This document shows positions 49,231 through 63,282 of a stretch of 64,000 bases of DNA, one piece after another; within the stretch, counting starts at the first letter, position 1; the number at the start of each line of letters is the position of its first letter. This DNA is from Octopus vulgaris (taxonomy: Eukaryota). The DNA lies in contig OX597815.1 in the NCBI GenBank assembly GCA_951406725.2, positions 32,550,001 to 32,614,000 of the forward strand, written 5' to 3'. Position numbers and translations under genes: made by a program. The notes under the pieces were generated by a model. The model had not been told where the DNA came from, did not search any database, and saw only the letters and a program-made list of their open reading frames with translations.

Positions 49231-52200
49231 AAAAAAATACATATATATATCAAGTAAAAAATATTTGTTAAATACAAAATATTTGTTAAATACAAAACAA
49301 GAGTCTCCTTTAGGATTTCATGAGTTCATATTTTCAAACAGCTTGTCATATTTGTGTAGACTAGAGTTGTATTAGTATTTTAATAATGGTTGTGGAGAAG
49401 AAAGATCTCTACCTGTAGCTGTGTTCATATGACTACTGAGAACACTGTGGTGTGTGTGTGTGTGTAGGGTGTCTAAATATTATAGAAATATGACAGTATT
49501 TGATGATTGTATACATCTGTAATGATATGTTGTATAGTCTCCAGGCCAGCTCTGGTTGAACAGACAGTCCAACAATGATCATCCTGTCTTTTTTTTTCTT
49601 TTTTTGTATATCATAGACTGTTTTGTTCAATGTAATCTTTGTTGAAAAAAGATTGGGCATGATTTGAAGGACATTAGACTGCTGGTTCTAGCAGATCAAA
49701 TTGCCTCATTAATTGCATTCTAGTTAATTGTAATGATACTCATTAGAAAGTGTATGTGTTTGTGTAAACGTCTGTACATGTTTGTTTGACATATGAGTTT
49801 CTTTCAGGGACAGATAAAGATTGGTGTGAACAACAACTGTTGGTATTCAAAAACACGAAGGATAAAAACACTTATTGAGTGCTGTCTCAGCATGTGGATA
49901 TGGATCAGAAGTCATTTGAGAGTGTTAGATCTCTTTTTAGCACTATGTGTGTGTTTTTTAATGTCACGATCATACATAGAATAAGTCAAGCAAAGGTCAC
50001 TCAATACGTTTAAATAGAAAACAAAAATTTTATTTATAAGAGAAAGATTGAATGATTTTGAAGTTTCCCATGTACTGGCTTCATCAGACTTGGATGAGGA
50101 TGGTCCATGGTGAAACTTAGAAGTTACTATCAACATCCATCCATTTATCTATCTATCATCCTTTTAACATCCATTTTTTCCATGCTTGTATGTTGTCAGA
50201 TGGAGTTAATGAGGCAAATTTTCTATTGCCATATGTCCTTTCTGTAGCCAAACCTCACCTGTTTCCAAACAAGATAATATTTCCCACATGTTCTCATAGA
50301 ACATTGGAAACGGATGACAATGCTTGTATGACAGTGACAATTCTTTTACAACTATCATGTGATGTCAAATCAAGGCCATGCAAACATACATTGTCGCACT
50401 CACTTACACACACACACATATGCGACAGGCTTTTTTCAGTTTCTGTCTACCATATCCACTCACAAGGCTTTGGTTGGCCTGAGACTATAGCTGAAGACAC
50501 TTACCCAAGGTGTCTCACAATGGGACTGAACCCAGAACTGTGTGGTTGGGAAGCAGACTTCTTTCCACACCCATGCCCGCCCCTAGAATTTCATTTGGTT
50601 GGGTTTAAAACTTTGGTTAGTAATGATATGCCAATGATTCTTCATCAGTTGTGTTATTTTATAGAATGTTGTTGCTTTTTGTGGTTTTCTAGAATGTCTT
50701 TTTATAGTCTAGAATTTAAGTCATGTGACCCTCCCTTCAATCATCTTTCTGCATAATTGTGTCTAGAGAGGCGTTAGGGACCAGTGCATCAATTGATATA
50801 TAGTTTGCAGCTTCCAATTCAGTTTTTAAAACCCCTTTGCATCATGCCTCATCTGTGCCAGGTGAGGCTTTTGAGGGTGCATGGCTGCCCCTGCATCTCA
50901 GTCTTTCTCTATTTTGTGGTAATGTTGCAAGTGTCTTAATGTCTTTAGCATTTAAACTGGCCAGATCCAGCCCCAAAATTCTTCCTGTTCTATGATCAAA
51001 CTGGTCTGGTCCAGCCTCTCACATCTCCCCAAGTTCTCATCCTTTTTCTTGGATAACATTAGTGGTGCAAAGAGGAGAGGCTGGTATGCATGGGTGACTG
51101 CTGGTCTTACATGAACAACCTTGCCTGGACTTGTGCCTTGGAGGGGAACTTTCCAGATGCAATCCCATGGTTATTCATAACTGAAGGGGTTCATAGATGA
51201 AGAGTTGTATTTCATTTACACTATATACCTGCACACACACACACACACACATGTATTTAGCAAATGACATTTATGTGATGTAGCATAATATGGGATTACA
51301 GATAAATGCTGTACACTGTATGTATACATTGTGGCACATATAAAAATCCAAAGTACATATCATTTAAGACTGTGTCATTAATCACAACATCCTTAATTAA
51401 TAAAAATATTTTAATCCATCAATTATTTTATTCAACTCTGCAAGCATGGCAAGTTGAATGTTTTTTTTTTTTTTTTTTTTTTCTCTTGAAAAGCTGCAAA
51501 ACTAAAACTGTCTGAGCAATGTTCAATATTTTTCATGTAGATATTGGTGTGTTGGTAGTGATGTAGGGCACTGGACTTGCCGCATTATTTAGTATTCATC
51601 ATACTTCACTCCCAAGTTTAATTTGTGCTGAACTGACATTGTTGTTTATTACTTCATGGTTTATTCAGTGGAATATATCTCACATCAAGAAAAATTAGCC
51701 TTGTGCCCAATCAAAAAAAAGTTCTGTAATTTTGGTGTTGAAATTTGAAAATTTTAAAAATCCATGAAAATGTTGCTATGATTCCTTTCAGAAATATGAC
51801 TGAAATTTTAACCTGTTATATCAGTTATCAGTAAAAATGATATGTATAGTTCAGAGGAATTTTTGTTTCACAAATATATCTCTTTGCTACCTCAATATAT
51901 AACAAAATGATTATAGTTTTCCTCTAAAAATAATTTCAATTTATTCTTAATTTCACGGTAAAAATATAGAATTTTTTTTCCAATTGCATTGAAGAAAGGA
52001 AATTGGAGTTAAATTTGAAATTGAAAAATATGTTAAAATCTTTTCCTTTTAAACAGAATGCTCCTTCCACATCTTTTATACAAGCAAAGTCCCAAAACCT
52101 CTAAATGGTTCATTCACTGCTGTTCATGTAAAGAACATAAATTGCAGCACTTAAAGGGGCTCACCAGTGTAACACCTGCAATATGACCAAATTGACCACA

Positions 52201-53739
52201 AATGATACTCCACATGTTACACAGCCTGTAAACTCATTTCTGTTGTCCCGTGTCACGAAGAGAACTTTATTGAATCTTACTTCCAACAAGATGGCTCTGT
52301 AAGTAGCACTCTTGCAGATGATGCTTCCAAACTCACACTACATATATAGAAAAGGAAATCACTCACACAAACTTTCATTTTCACTTCCATCAGTCTGATT
52401 ACAATATAACATGCATTGCAAACATCTGCAATATAGTTATGGTTCCTAGTTGAAACCATTTTACTTCATGTCTCTGTTACCTTTGGCAAAGGTATCGACA
52501 TTTCATCATCCTATTTCTACTTCTTTATAAATCTCTGCTAGTTGTAAGAAATAAATGTTTATAGTTCTGGGCAAGCACTATATAACACAATCTCATCAAG
52601 TCAGTCTCACATCTGAATTTCATTCTCCATTGTAAGTGGTTCACTTAACACAGATCACTAATCTCTTTAAGAAGAGCATAAACATTACAAAGTATGTTTC
52701 ACTTCTTCAACACATTTGAGGTTTTTTTCTCTATGTAAAATAAAATCAAGTATTTTTATCAATAACACAATTAATAAATCATCCTTTCAAATCCCTGAAC
52801 ATGTATATAACAACAATGTCATCAGAAATGCAACCAATATGTTTTCCTTTATTTTTCAATCCCTCTATGGAATTTTTGTATGTATACCTAACTCTTATAT
52901 CACCATGTTGAAATTCTTATAAAGGCATTGAAAATTAATAAACTAAATTTTAATTATCTGCAGGTTTAGGGAAAATACTAATAATGTCACCTGATGAACA
53001 CTCATATTTTCAGTAACTTCTTTTCCATTGATATATCTCTTTCAAGAAGTATATTCTTGTCATTCTTTGTTTTATTTATGACAATCCTGAAACATAACTT
53101 GTTTTTGTTTGAAGTGTTTCTTGTCATGCATTGTCACTCCTGTGTGTCATAGTTTGCTGGAGCTTACTCTAGTCATCACAGCTTTAAGTGGTTGAAAGCC
53201 ACCTTTTCTACTTAATCTATTTCAGGTATTTTTTTCATGTGGAGAGGATATCACCATTCCCACTTATAGCAGAAATTTATTTCAATTCTCTACAGTGACC
53301 ATCTACAGTTAGATGGTCGTTAAAGCTAAATTGATAGTTAAATATCTATGCCTGAGGCATCATACATCAATGTTAAGGGTAAGGAAACTTTGTCTGGTAG
53401 TTAAGTAAAAGAAAAAAATAATCAAACTAGGCCAATTATTTATTAGTTTGTGTTGACACATTAACAATATCCTAATCCTCTCTGACTGGTTTATCATAAA
53501 ATATCAAATCTTTACTGAATTTATTCATGGGAAAAAATGAAATTGATCTTTGAAATAATGAATTTCAGAAATTGTTCAAATGATGAAATTAAACAAACAT
53601 TTAAAAGATGAAATATATATATAAGAGAAAGTAAAATATATTGCACAAATAACTTGGCTTTTTGTTATTTATTTTATGTTAAAATCCATCGTTTAAATCA
53701 GTTTGGGGACTGACAAATAAAACTTTATATATTGTATAT

Positions 53740-54120
53740 ACTCTTTTACTTGTTTCAGTCATTTGACTGTGGCCATGCTGGAGCACCGCCTTTTAGTTGA
53801 ACGAATCGACCCCAGGACTTATTCTTTGTAAGCCTAGTACTTATTCTATTGGTCTCTTTTGCCGAACTGCTAAGTTACGGGGATGTAAACACACCAGCAT
53901 CAGTTGTCAAGTATGACAAACACATGCACAGACATACATATATATATACATATATACGACGGGCTTCTTTCAGTTTCTGTCTACCAAATCCACTCACAAG
54001 GCTTTGGTCGGCCTGAGGCTATAGTAGAAGACACTTGCCCAAGGTGCCACGCAGTGGGACTGAACCCGGAACCACGTGGTTCATAAGCAAGCTACTTACC
54101 ACACAGCCACTTCTATGCCT
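53740..54120 (-). mobile_element. tRNA-derived SINE family A
   Basis: same family. Confidence 0.9.
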
Positions 54121-54363
54121 ATAGTTTAAAATATTTTATGATTACATTCAAAATAGTTCTTTCTTGCCTTAATGCACCACATCCTGAGTTCTGAAAGGCT
54201 GTTAAATTCTACACAGCTATTGTCATAACTACTTAACAAAGCAGTGCTGTTTTTTTATCTTGATATCTGCCCTTATGTGTTTTTGCCTGCACCAATTTTT
54301 AATTATAATAGAAATATTAAAATTACTAAGTCTTTCTAAAAGAGATTACGGCAGCGTTACTGG

Positions 54364-54584
54364 AAATTAATTGTTATCGCCATATTAATATGGCAGTCTT
54401 ATAGATATAAGACTAAAAGCTGTCGCTGATTAACTCCATGAGGATAAAAAGTAAGGTTATAATGGATACAGTTTGTGTGTCAAATAGCTATCTTAAGGCG
54501 ATGGCCTCATGGAGCTAATCAGCGACAGCTTTTAGTCTTATATCTATAAGACTGCCATATTAATATGGCGATAACAATCAATTT
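54364..54584. repeat. 80-bp inverted repeat with 61-nt spacer
   Basis: 54364-54443 vs 54505-54584, 2 mismatches. Confidence 0.95.
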
Positions 54585-55863
54585 TTAATTGTTAGCAATA
54601 AAAGATAAGCATTCTATCAAGATTGCATTTGCTTGCTGTCAACCAATAATCATTTCTAATTTAGGTATGATGCCACAACAGATGAAGATATATATATATA
54701 TGATTATTACATCATCCCCAATTACTTGTCACTTTATCTTATCAACTCCAGAAGGATAAAAAGAAAGTCAAACTCTGGGATTTGAACACAGAAGATACAA
54801 AAAAAAAAAGACCTCACTTATTCAATGCACAGGGATACAGATCACCAATGAAGGTAAATGTAGGAAACAGCAGTAACTGCCACTCACTACAAATCCTAGT
54901 TACCCATTTCTAGTATCATAAGCAGCGGAATCTAAAAAGGATTAACATTATAGCCAGTAGAGCAACTGGACATAGCAACGAAATCTTCTTCAAAATCACA
55001 CTTCTCTCATCTTCAATAAAATATATTCTGGATAATGTAGTCGTAGAAACCACTAGAATGTCAGGGTGGTCATGGTTGGAATACTTTTAAGCAAAAGTTT
55101 TGTTCATTCATAAAATGGACAAGACTAATGTAAAACATGTATCTAATATGATAAACCACTTCATGTAAGAGTAAACTGTCTTCCGTTAGGCATGGAATAT
55201 GGGGAATAATTTCATAATAATCCATTAATGTGTAAGTATAGGCTGAGGAGATGGTTTGCGAAGAAAATACAGATATTTCTAAGTTTTGGAACGATTTCAT
55301 GATAACGGTATGTGCAATGGTTTTCTTTCTCTAGTCGTTGGTTTGTTACCTCCCTTAGTAGACTCGACCTGAGCTCATCTTCTACTCTACATGGTCATTT
55401 GAACTGCTAGAAATAGCAACCAAACCTCTCTAACGCCCGAAATAAGGAAATGATTTGAATTAATTCAAATTTTAAAAAATCAGAAGCAAGAATTAAAAAC
55501 TCATCCATTGGTTACAAAGAGCTAACACTTATGACAAAAGTGAAGCAAACTTAAAGTCTTAATTGCCAGGTTATTTAGATAAATTTTAGCCACATTATTG
55601 CATTATTTCTGTACATCTTGGCAGTACAAGAAAGCTACACATAATTCTGAAATGCTATAGTTTTTGAATTAATTAGTAACTTGAAATCACTTATATCTCT
55701 TCAGAGGTTTGACCATCGACTACATTGGATAACGTAGTCTTACATAACCTCTAAAAAGACGAGATCGTCATGAGTGGAATGCCTATGACTGTGTGTCTAC
55801 TCAAGGCAGGACTAACCTGTGGTTGAAGAGCGACATATGGATATCACTCCAAATATATTTAAA

Positions 55864-56252
55864 TATATATATATAAAGCTGAAGTTGTCTGTGTATGGCA
55901 GGTTTGGTAGCTTTCAACTAACACTATCTCCTCCAAGACCCTGCGGCGCAAGTTGACCAAAATTGAGAATATGATAGAAGATTTGCTCTTCCTTCTGTAG
56001 AAGAGAAAAATCAAATCGGACCATGTTAACACCAAAAATTATTTACATCAAAAAGTTGCTTTTTTTTCTATGAAAATCCCTATTTTTTACGACTTTTTGA
56101 CTGCTCTGTCGCCAGTTTTCGGTGTATTTCAACCAGAAAGATGTTCGCTTACAGAGAATAATAAGCTACATAATGCAAAATTTTTACTTTTCAAAAATTC
56201 CAATTCTAAAGGGTCGAAACAAGCCCGAGCAACACTGGGCTATACTGATGGT
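55864..56252 (+). mobile_element. non-autonomous Helitron
   Basis: TATATATAAAGCTGAAG start, subterminal hairpin GCCCGAGCAACACTGGGC (56223-56240), decayed CTRR end about 10 nt later. Confidence 0.6.
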
Positions 56253-57149
56253 AGTTTACTAAAATTTAGTCTTCTTGGTTGTCACTCGTAACTGAGTATG
56301 AGTAAATAGCAGTGTTTTGTTTTTCCTCGGATGTAGTGAAGGAACTTGATCAACGATGAGTTGCTCTTACGTAGGATAGTAGACCAATGGTGCTGGCATA
56401 ACACTGACCACATATATTAACATCGTACTACTGGTAGATCTGTGTAGTGGATCTTACTCAAAACTTTTCTCCTTTTTTGTGTCATCCACTTTGATTCTAC
56501 CACATTTACTCCGTTCTTTATAACCCTCTGTTATTGTTTGCAGTCGATCGTTGTTTTCTCCCATGCAGTCGCAATCAGGCTATTGATTGCCAATAGATGA
56601 ATACGAGAACTTGAAACAACTTTTAATAATAGAAAATGATACAAGTGTTGCAACTGTAACAAGGGAAGTAACTATGAAGTAGAGTTATCTACCTTCTCCT
56701 TACAATTTCTAATCGAGGTACAATTTTTTTTACAGCTATAAAATACAGTCGTATTTTCTAAGTCAAAACCACCTGATAGTCAAATCTCAATAGATGTATT
56801 AGTGTTTTCCCATTATTCATGGAGTTAATGATTATATCATTTCAGAACCTTACACAACCAAGATGTACAGAAATGATGTAATGTAAAATGCAGTTGAAAT
56901 TTATTAAATAAAATTTCTTCCTTATGAATATAAGTATTATTCTTTTGGTTTACCATTACAACAGGTATCAACACTCTGAATTCAGACAAGCAATGGTTGC
57001 ATTTTTACTTTCGTTTCTCTCTCTCTCTCTTTGTATGAAATTTGAATGATGTGTCTCACTAAGAATAAGAAAATAAGTAAACAGCTAGGAAATTCTTTCC
57101 ATCGATACTGATTTGAACTTAATTGAAAGGAGGAAACATCTTTATGGTC

Positions 57150-57440
57150 GCTTTACTGGCTAGAAAAAGCAGTTAAATTTCCTGCAAGCCACACACACTA
57201 CCATCTTTAAATAGAGAATAAGGTTCAGTCTAGCCAAGGAGAAACCCCTACATGATCACTCAATGTGCTAAAACTAGCAGCTAAATCCTCTCATACCACA
57301 TTCTACTGTTTTAAAAAAGACACACTGGACAATTTATCCCAGAGTAAAGTGTATCTGAAAATAAAACAAGATATTCGTGGCTGGAATAGCTTTGATTAGA
57401 AATCTCTTTAATGAAGGCTGACCTGGGGCTAAACAAGAAT
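57150..57440 (+). repeat. unclassified short interspersed repeat (tgctagaaatagcagc...gacctggggctaaacaac)
   Basis: related copies near 640-850, 28600-28815, 36650-37070, 49530-49700, 54950-55090 and 55720-55830. Confidence 0.65.
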
Positions 57441-57659
57441 AAGGAAGGCTTACTGCATGTCTAATAAATATGAAAGCTTCTGAGTATGCATAATATTTAC
57501 ATAACTGTATGCATATATGTAAGCATCGAAATGTGTGTTTGAAAAATATATGCACCTATTTCAGAATACATCTGTGTATAGCAATGTATGTAAAGAAGTG
57601 GGTGGCTCTCCTTATGTGCATCATGTCCATACCAGCACAAGTCACGGTTTTTCTTTCAG

Positions 57660-57934
57660 CGCCGCCTGACTGGCGTCCGTGTCGGTGACACGTAAAAGCA
57701 GCAACCGATCATGGCCGTTTGCCAGCCTCCTCTGGCCCCTGTGCCAGTGGCATGTAAAAACACCCACTACACTCATGGAGTGGTTGGTGTTAGGAAAGAC
57801 ATCCAGCTGTAGAAACACTGCCAGATCAGACTGGAGCCTGGTGCAGCCTCCTGGCTTCCCAGACCCCCAGTCGACCCGTCCAACCCATGCTAGCATGGAA
57901 AACGGACATTAAATGATGATGATGATGATGATGA
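57660..57934 (+). mobile_element. RTE 3'UTR-derived short element
   Basis: same family. Confidence 0.85.
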
Positions 57935-58260
57935 CATTGGTACTTTGTCGTTCATGCACACTTACATTGCACATCCAGTGGAGTATGCTAGCTTTGTTTC
58001 TTTTCAGTCTTCTTAAATCCTCTGCATATAATGTCTTTGTCTCCACTGCCACTAATATCATAGTTCTAACATCAGCATCTTACAATTTGTCCTTCATTCT
58101 GAAAGAAAAGAGCTTTGTTGCCAGCAGTGGTGAAATTTTCCTGAACTTGCAACATGTTCCTATCCTGACTACTATACTTTTGGAGCAATTACCTCCCTTT
58201 CTAATTACATCTCTCTCTGGTAACAACAGCTTTTGACTACTTCTAGTGAACCATCTAGGC
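57935..58260 (-). mobile_element. RTE LINE C-terminal fragment
   Basis: SIVVRIGTCCKFRKISPLLATK..S.RMK, similar to 17440-17560 and 2200-2340. Confidence 0.7.
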
Positions 58261-58668
58261 ATTTAAGCTCCAGTGCTGTTTACTGGAGCAGTACAACATA
58301 ATGCTCCAGTGCATTTGTCATGTATGAAGCTTTATTCTTTTGTGAGTCTGCTTGTGATATTCTGCTATCTCTTGTGTGTCCATCACTTCAACTGGACACA
58401 GCACATGAAGTTTATATCTACTCCTTTTACTGCTTATCAAGCAAAGCCATTTCCCCTAAAGATACAAGGGTCCTTTCTTTTTTCCTACTAAGCAAAAACA
58501 TTATGCACTTTTTATGAAATAATTTGCTACCATAATTCTGAGTGAATCAATGTTCCTGGACCAACTGAAGATTGTCAGCATCCTTTTAAAGCAATTTAAT
58601 CAAGATATTCATGCAATTATATTTATTTTAGGCATTAACAAACCCAAGAAAGACCATATACTATAGCT

Positions 58669-58723
<55 letters not shown>

Positions 58724-58854
58724 ATACAATATAAATTAGAAAAAGAACCACTATTATGAAATTCAAACAATGATATACGTAAACCAAATCATAGATAAAA
58801 AAATATAATATATTGAATTGCATAATAGTGTTTTTTTTCTCTAATTTTTATTTT

Positions 58855-59370
58855 GCCCGTCAAGTAACGTGCCTCATTTCTTGATTTCAAATCCATTCTG
58901 CCGTGTCAGGCCGAAAACGAAATGTTTCCAAGATAAGAAAATCTTTCTAATCTAATTCATCCCGTAATCTGTACCAGTAATATTCTCATGCAAATTTGTC
59001 TGATCTCTAGTGGTTAAGCTGTTTATTATTATTATTATTATTATTAGTATTAGTATTATCCCTTTGATCCCCAGTCGTCAATTTGTTTATTATTATTATT
59101 TTCAGCTTCGCCTTGTATTGCATATTATGTATAATTTATTAGTTATTGTTGACCATCGGTTCCGGCCTCGTGTCTCGCAAAATACAGAATAGATATTTAA
59201 GTTTCTCCATACAGGGGTTTTCAATGGCGGCCGATTTTCGCGGGGTTCCACTATTCCCTTTCTCTCTCTCCCTCTTTTACGTTGTCTGCCCTCCCCCTCT
59301 TCCTTCCCCCTTCCATTGCTAAGAGCATTTTTAAGCCAGCCCGTCAAGTAACGTGCCTCATTTCTTGATT
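58855..59370. repeat. 32-bp exact direct repeat
   Basis: GCCCGTCAAGTAACGTGCCTCATTTCTTGATT at 58855-58886 and 59339-59370. Confidence 0.9.
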
Positions 59371-59814
59371 ATGTTTTTATCTATCTATCTATTTTATCTA
59401 CTTACTAATTACTAATACGCTTAAGCAGTTGTCATTGTATTCCCTAATTCCTCTCATCATTATGTGCCGATAATTTCTCCATTTCTCCACCGTCCCTTTA
59501 TTAATTTTGCCCGTCCAAGTCCTCGCTCTCTTGTCTTTCAACCTTCGCGTATTCGCGGTGCACCCGCCCTTGCCCACCCCCACCCCCACCACCAATACCG
59601 GATATCTCTATATTTTTGCTCCATCTATACCGGATGTCGCTTCTCCCACCACCATTATAGGTGTCTACTCTTCGAACCCCCCTCTTCAATACGCTATTTC
59701 ACCATGCATTACCCCTCTCGTGATATCCTACGTTCTACTTGTCTAGAACCTGTCATCGTTTCTCCGAACACCCCTCCCCACTGGTGCTCCCCTATATTTC
59801 TGCACCCTCCCCCC

Positions 59815-60127
59815 ACATAAAAAGCACCATCCGAACGTGGCCGATGCCAGCACCGCCCCGACTGGCTTCTGTACAGGTGGCACATAAAAAGCACCAACTG
59901 ACCGTGGCCAATGCCAGACCCCTCTGGCACCTGTGCAGGTGGCACGTAAAAAGCACCCACTACACTCGCGGAGTGGTTGGCGTTAGGAAGGGCATCCAGC
60001 TGTAGAAACACTGCCAGACCAGACTGGAGCCTGGGGCAGCCCCTGGCTCCCCAGACCCCGGTCGAAACCGTCCAACCCGTGCTAGCGCGGAAAACGGATG
60101 TTAAACGATGATGATGATGATGATGAT
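59815..60127 (+). mobile_element. RTE 3'UTR-derived short element (young, CpG retained)
   Basis: same family. Confidence 0.85.
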
Positions 60128-60226
60128 ATTGTGAAATTTGATTTAATACTAAATTGAATTTTTCCCTGTAAGTTTGGAGTTATACTCCCTAATATTATTA
60201 TTATTATCATTATTATTATTATTATT

Positions 60227-60261
<35 letters not shown>

Positions 60262-60740
60262 CATAATCATCATCAACATAATTGTTGTGTCAACATCTAT
60301 TTTCCTGTGCTTGCAATAAGTCAGATGACACATATCTTGGAGCAGAATTTGCCTGACACCAACCCCTACCTGTTTTGATAAAAGATAACTATCTCCCAGT
60401 CTGTGAAATAATAAACAGTGTAGACATGTTTCTCCTGAGAACTAGAAACAAATGACACCCATCAGTGAAGCCAATGTTTACAAACCAGTGAACGAACACG
60501 CACATATATAATTATATAATTGTGCAAAAAAAAACCCACCTGTGAACACCTGGATCTCATGAAAATAGATTCATTCAACCTCATAAAAGTTAAGAAGTTT
60601 TAAAAAATTAACAGCAAATTCTAAAATCATAAAAAAAAAATCTCCTAAAAATATTTGGCCAATGCTAACCAAATACATGTCTACAAACAAGACTAATAGA
60701 ATCTATAGCATAGGCAGAGCTAAACATCCACATGTACACA

Positions 60741-60782
<42 letters not shown>

Positions 60783-61009
60783 GTTCTGTACTTTCAAAGA
60801 TAAGTGGAATGAAAACTCCTTTACTTGAAGCAATAGGTAAAGGCATCCAGTCGTAACACAACACCACAATAATGTGTATTCACCTAACTCATTCTAGCTT
60901 GAAAAAAATACACATAACATGAACACACTAATGAACAAATATATACATTCACTCATACGTGTGTGTATATATATATATGCTCTGAGAGTGTAGCAGCTAG
61001 AATAAGAAT

Positions 61010-62030
61010 AGCCTGGGCAAAGTTCAGGGACTCCTACCTCTGCTGGCAAATAAGGGCCTCTCGCTCAGGATGAAAGGTAGACTGTATGATGCATGTATGT
61101 GATCTACCATATTACACAGCAATAAAATGGGCCATGACTGCTGAGGACATGTAGGCTTGAAAGAAATGAAGCTAGTATGATCTACTTGATGTGTAATGTC
61201 AGTGTGCATACACAACAGAGTGTGAGCGCCTTGAGAGAAAGAAGCATCAAATGTGTGCAAGGGAGATAACTGCAGTGGTATGGTCATGTGTTACAAATGG
61301 ATGATGACAGCTGTGTGAGGAAGTGCCACACCCTTAACTATGGAAGGACCCTGTGGAAGAGGTAGACCCAGGAAGACATGGGATGAGGTAGTGAAGCATG
61401 ACCTTCGAACGTAAGGTCTCACAGAAGCAATAACAGGAGACCAAAACCTTTGGAGACATGCTGTGGTTGAGAAGACTCAGCAATTAAAGTGAGATCACAG
61501 CCATGGCCGATGCCAGTGTTGCATGTCCAGCCTATTTAAAAGTACCCTTGATGTGTCCGGCAATATGATATGCTTGAGAGGACATGTTGAGTCAAGTAAA
61601 ACCAAATTCATAGCTGTGGCCAGTGCCCCCTGACTGGCTCCCATTCCAGTGGTGTGTAAAAAGCACCATCTGAACGTGATCAATGCCAAGTTCGCCTGAC
61701 TAGCTCCGATGCTGGTGGCACGTAAAAAGCATCATGTGAACGCAATCGATGCCAGTGCCCTCTAACTGGCTCCTGTGCTGGTGGCATGTAAAAAGCACTA
61801 TCCGAGCGTGATCGATGCCAAGTCCACCTGACTAGCTCCTGTGCCAGTGGTACATAAAAAGCACTCACTACACTCTCAGAGTGGTTTACATTAGGAAGGG
61901 CCTCCCGCTGTAGAAACATTGCCAGATCGGATTGGAGCCTGGTGCAACTGCTGGCTTTCCAGACATCAGTCAAACCACCCAACACATACCAGCATGGAAA
62001 ACAGACGTTAATCAATGTTGATGATGATGA
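61010..62030 (+). mobile_element. 5'-truncated RTE LINE with its 3'UTR (about 60-bp tandem subrepeats, (GAT)n tail)
   Basis: ARIRIAWAKFR.LLPLL, GRGRPRKTWDEVV, followed directly by gtggcacgtaaaaagcacc subrepeats and the gttggcgttaggaagggcatcc...gatgatgat tail. Confidence 0.88.
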
Positions 62031-62871
62031 TATATGTATGTTTATATATGTGTATTTGTGCATACATGTGCATATCCATATACATGTGTATGAGCTGTGT
62101 TTAGATGCAATTTGTGTTGTAGTGTTATGTTGTGTATGCATGTGAATATGTGCATTATAACTATTAGTGTGTGTGTGATAGGGTTAGGGCTGTATGTGTA
62201 AGTCTTAGTTGGTGTATTTCTGGACATATCGTGAGTGTGATACAAAAGGGTTTTAGAATCTCATTGTGTATGAGTGTGTGCACGTATGTGTGTGTGTGTG
62301 AAGTATATATTTATGCTGTTGGTAAGTGAGTGGGTAGAAAGATAGGTGCTTCTGAGCCAGTGTGTTTGTGTGTGTGTGTTTGGTTGTACATGCATTTATG
62401 TGCATATGGGTTTGAGTGATGATGTGTGTGTTATAAAAGATTGAAGCACTTGAATCAGTTGAGGAGTGGAAAGTTTAAAGATGGAAAATGAATTCCTGTC
62501 TGCCTTTGTGACCAGAATCTGGGGAACTGCTGACGAGGGCTACACCAAACATAGAGAGATACTGTATGTGAGTGAGTGATCCACAAAGCAAAAATAATGA
62601 GTGATGAGGATGACATCACAAAAACAAAATATATATCTATTTCCATATTGTTGAGCAGTATAAGTTAAGGCATATGACCGGTCAGGTTGTTACCATAGGT
62701 TTCACACCAAATATTACACGTGGAAATATTGATCACCCATTTTATATGTACTAAAATATAACTGGTCTATTTTTCATTGAATACCTATTTCTGACTTGCA
62801 GACAACTAACTGAAAATATATGTATGTGTATGTGTGTCTATATACACACACACATACATACACAGATACTG

Positions 62872-62998
<127 letters not shown>

Positions 62999-63247
62999 TT
63001 GGACATGCAGACACATATGTCTGTGTCTGTGTGTTTGTGTGTCTGTAATGTGCAAGTGTCAAATATGAGTAAATATGAGTGGGAGGAAGGCGTGGTCTTC
63101 TGAGTTGTAACAAAATAACACACAGAATAGTGAGTCAAGGAGCTGCAAAACACAAGTAGTGTTACGTAATAAATACAACATCCCTCACCACTCGCTGCTT
63201 ATTCTTTATCATAATAGTGTGGTTAGGTGGGTCACAGTATGGGTTGT

Positions 63248-63282
<35 letters not shown>

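Noticed and set aside
52100-53400. Possible minus-strand exons or decayed hAT transposase
   Set aside because: Could not recover a consistent frame or catalytic motifs by eye; needs tBLASTx
55241-55306. 66-bp AG..GT segment AEEMVCEENTDISKFWNDFMIT
   Set aside because: No polypyrimidine tract or partner exons; may be a pogo/Tigger relic
61600-61870. About 60-bp repeat array resembling CRISPR
   Set aside because: The 'spacers' are homologous to each other; it is the RTE 3'UTR tandem subrepeat, in a eukaryotic context with no cas genes
62521-62580. CTGACGA-GGGCTACACC-AAAC hammerhead-like string
   Set aside because: G of GAAA missing, triplet would be GUG, stem I does not pair
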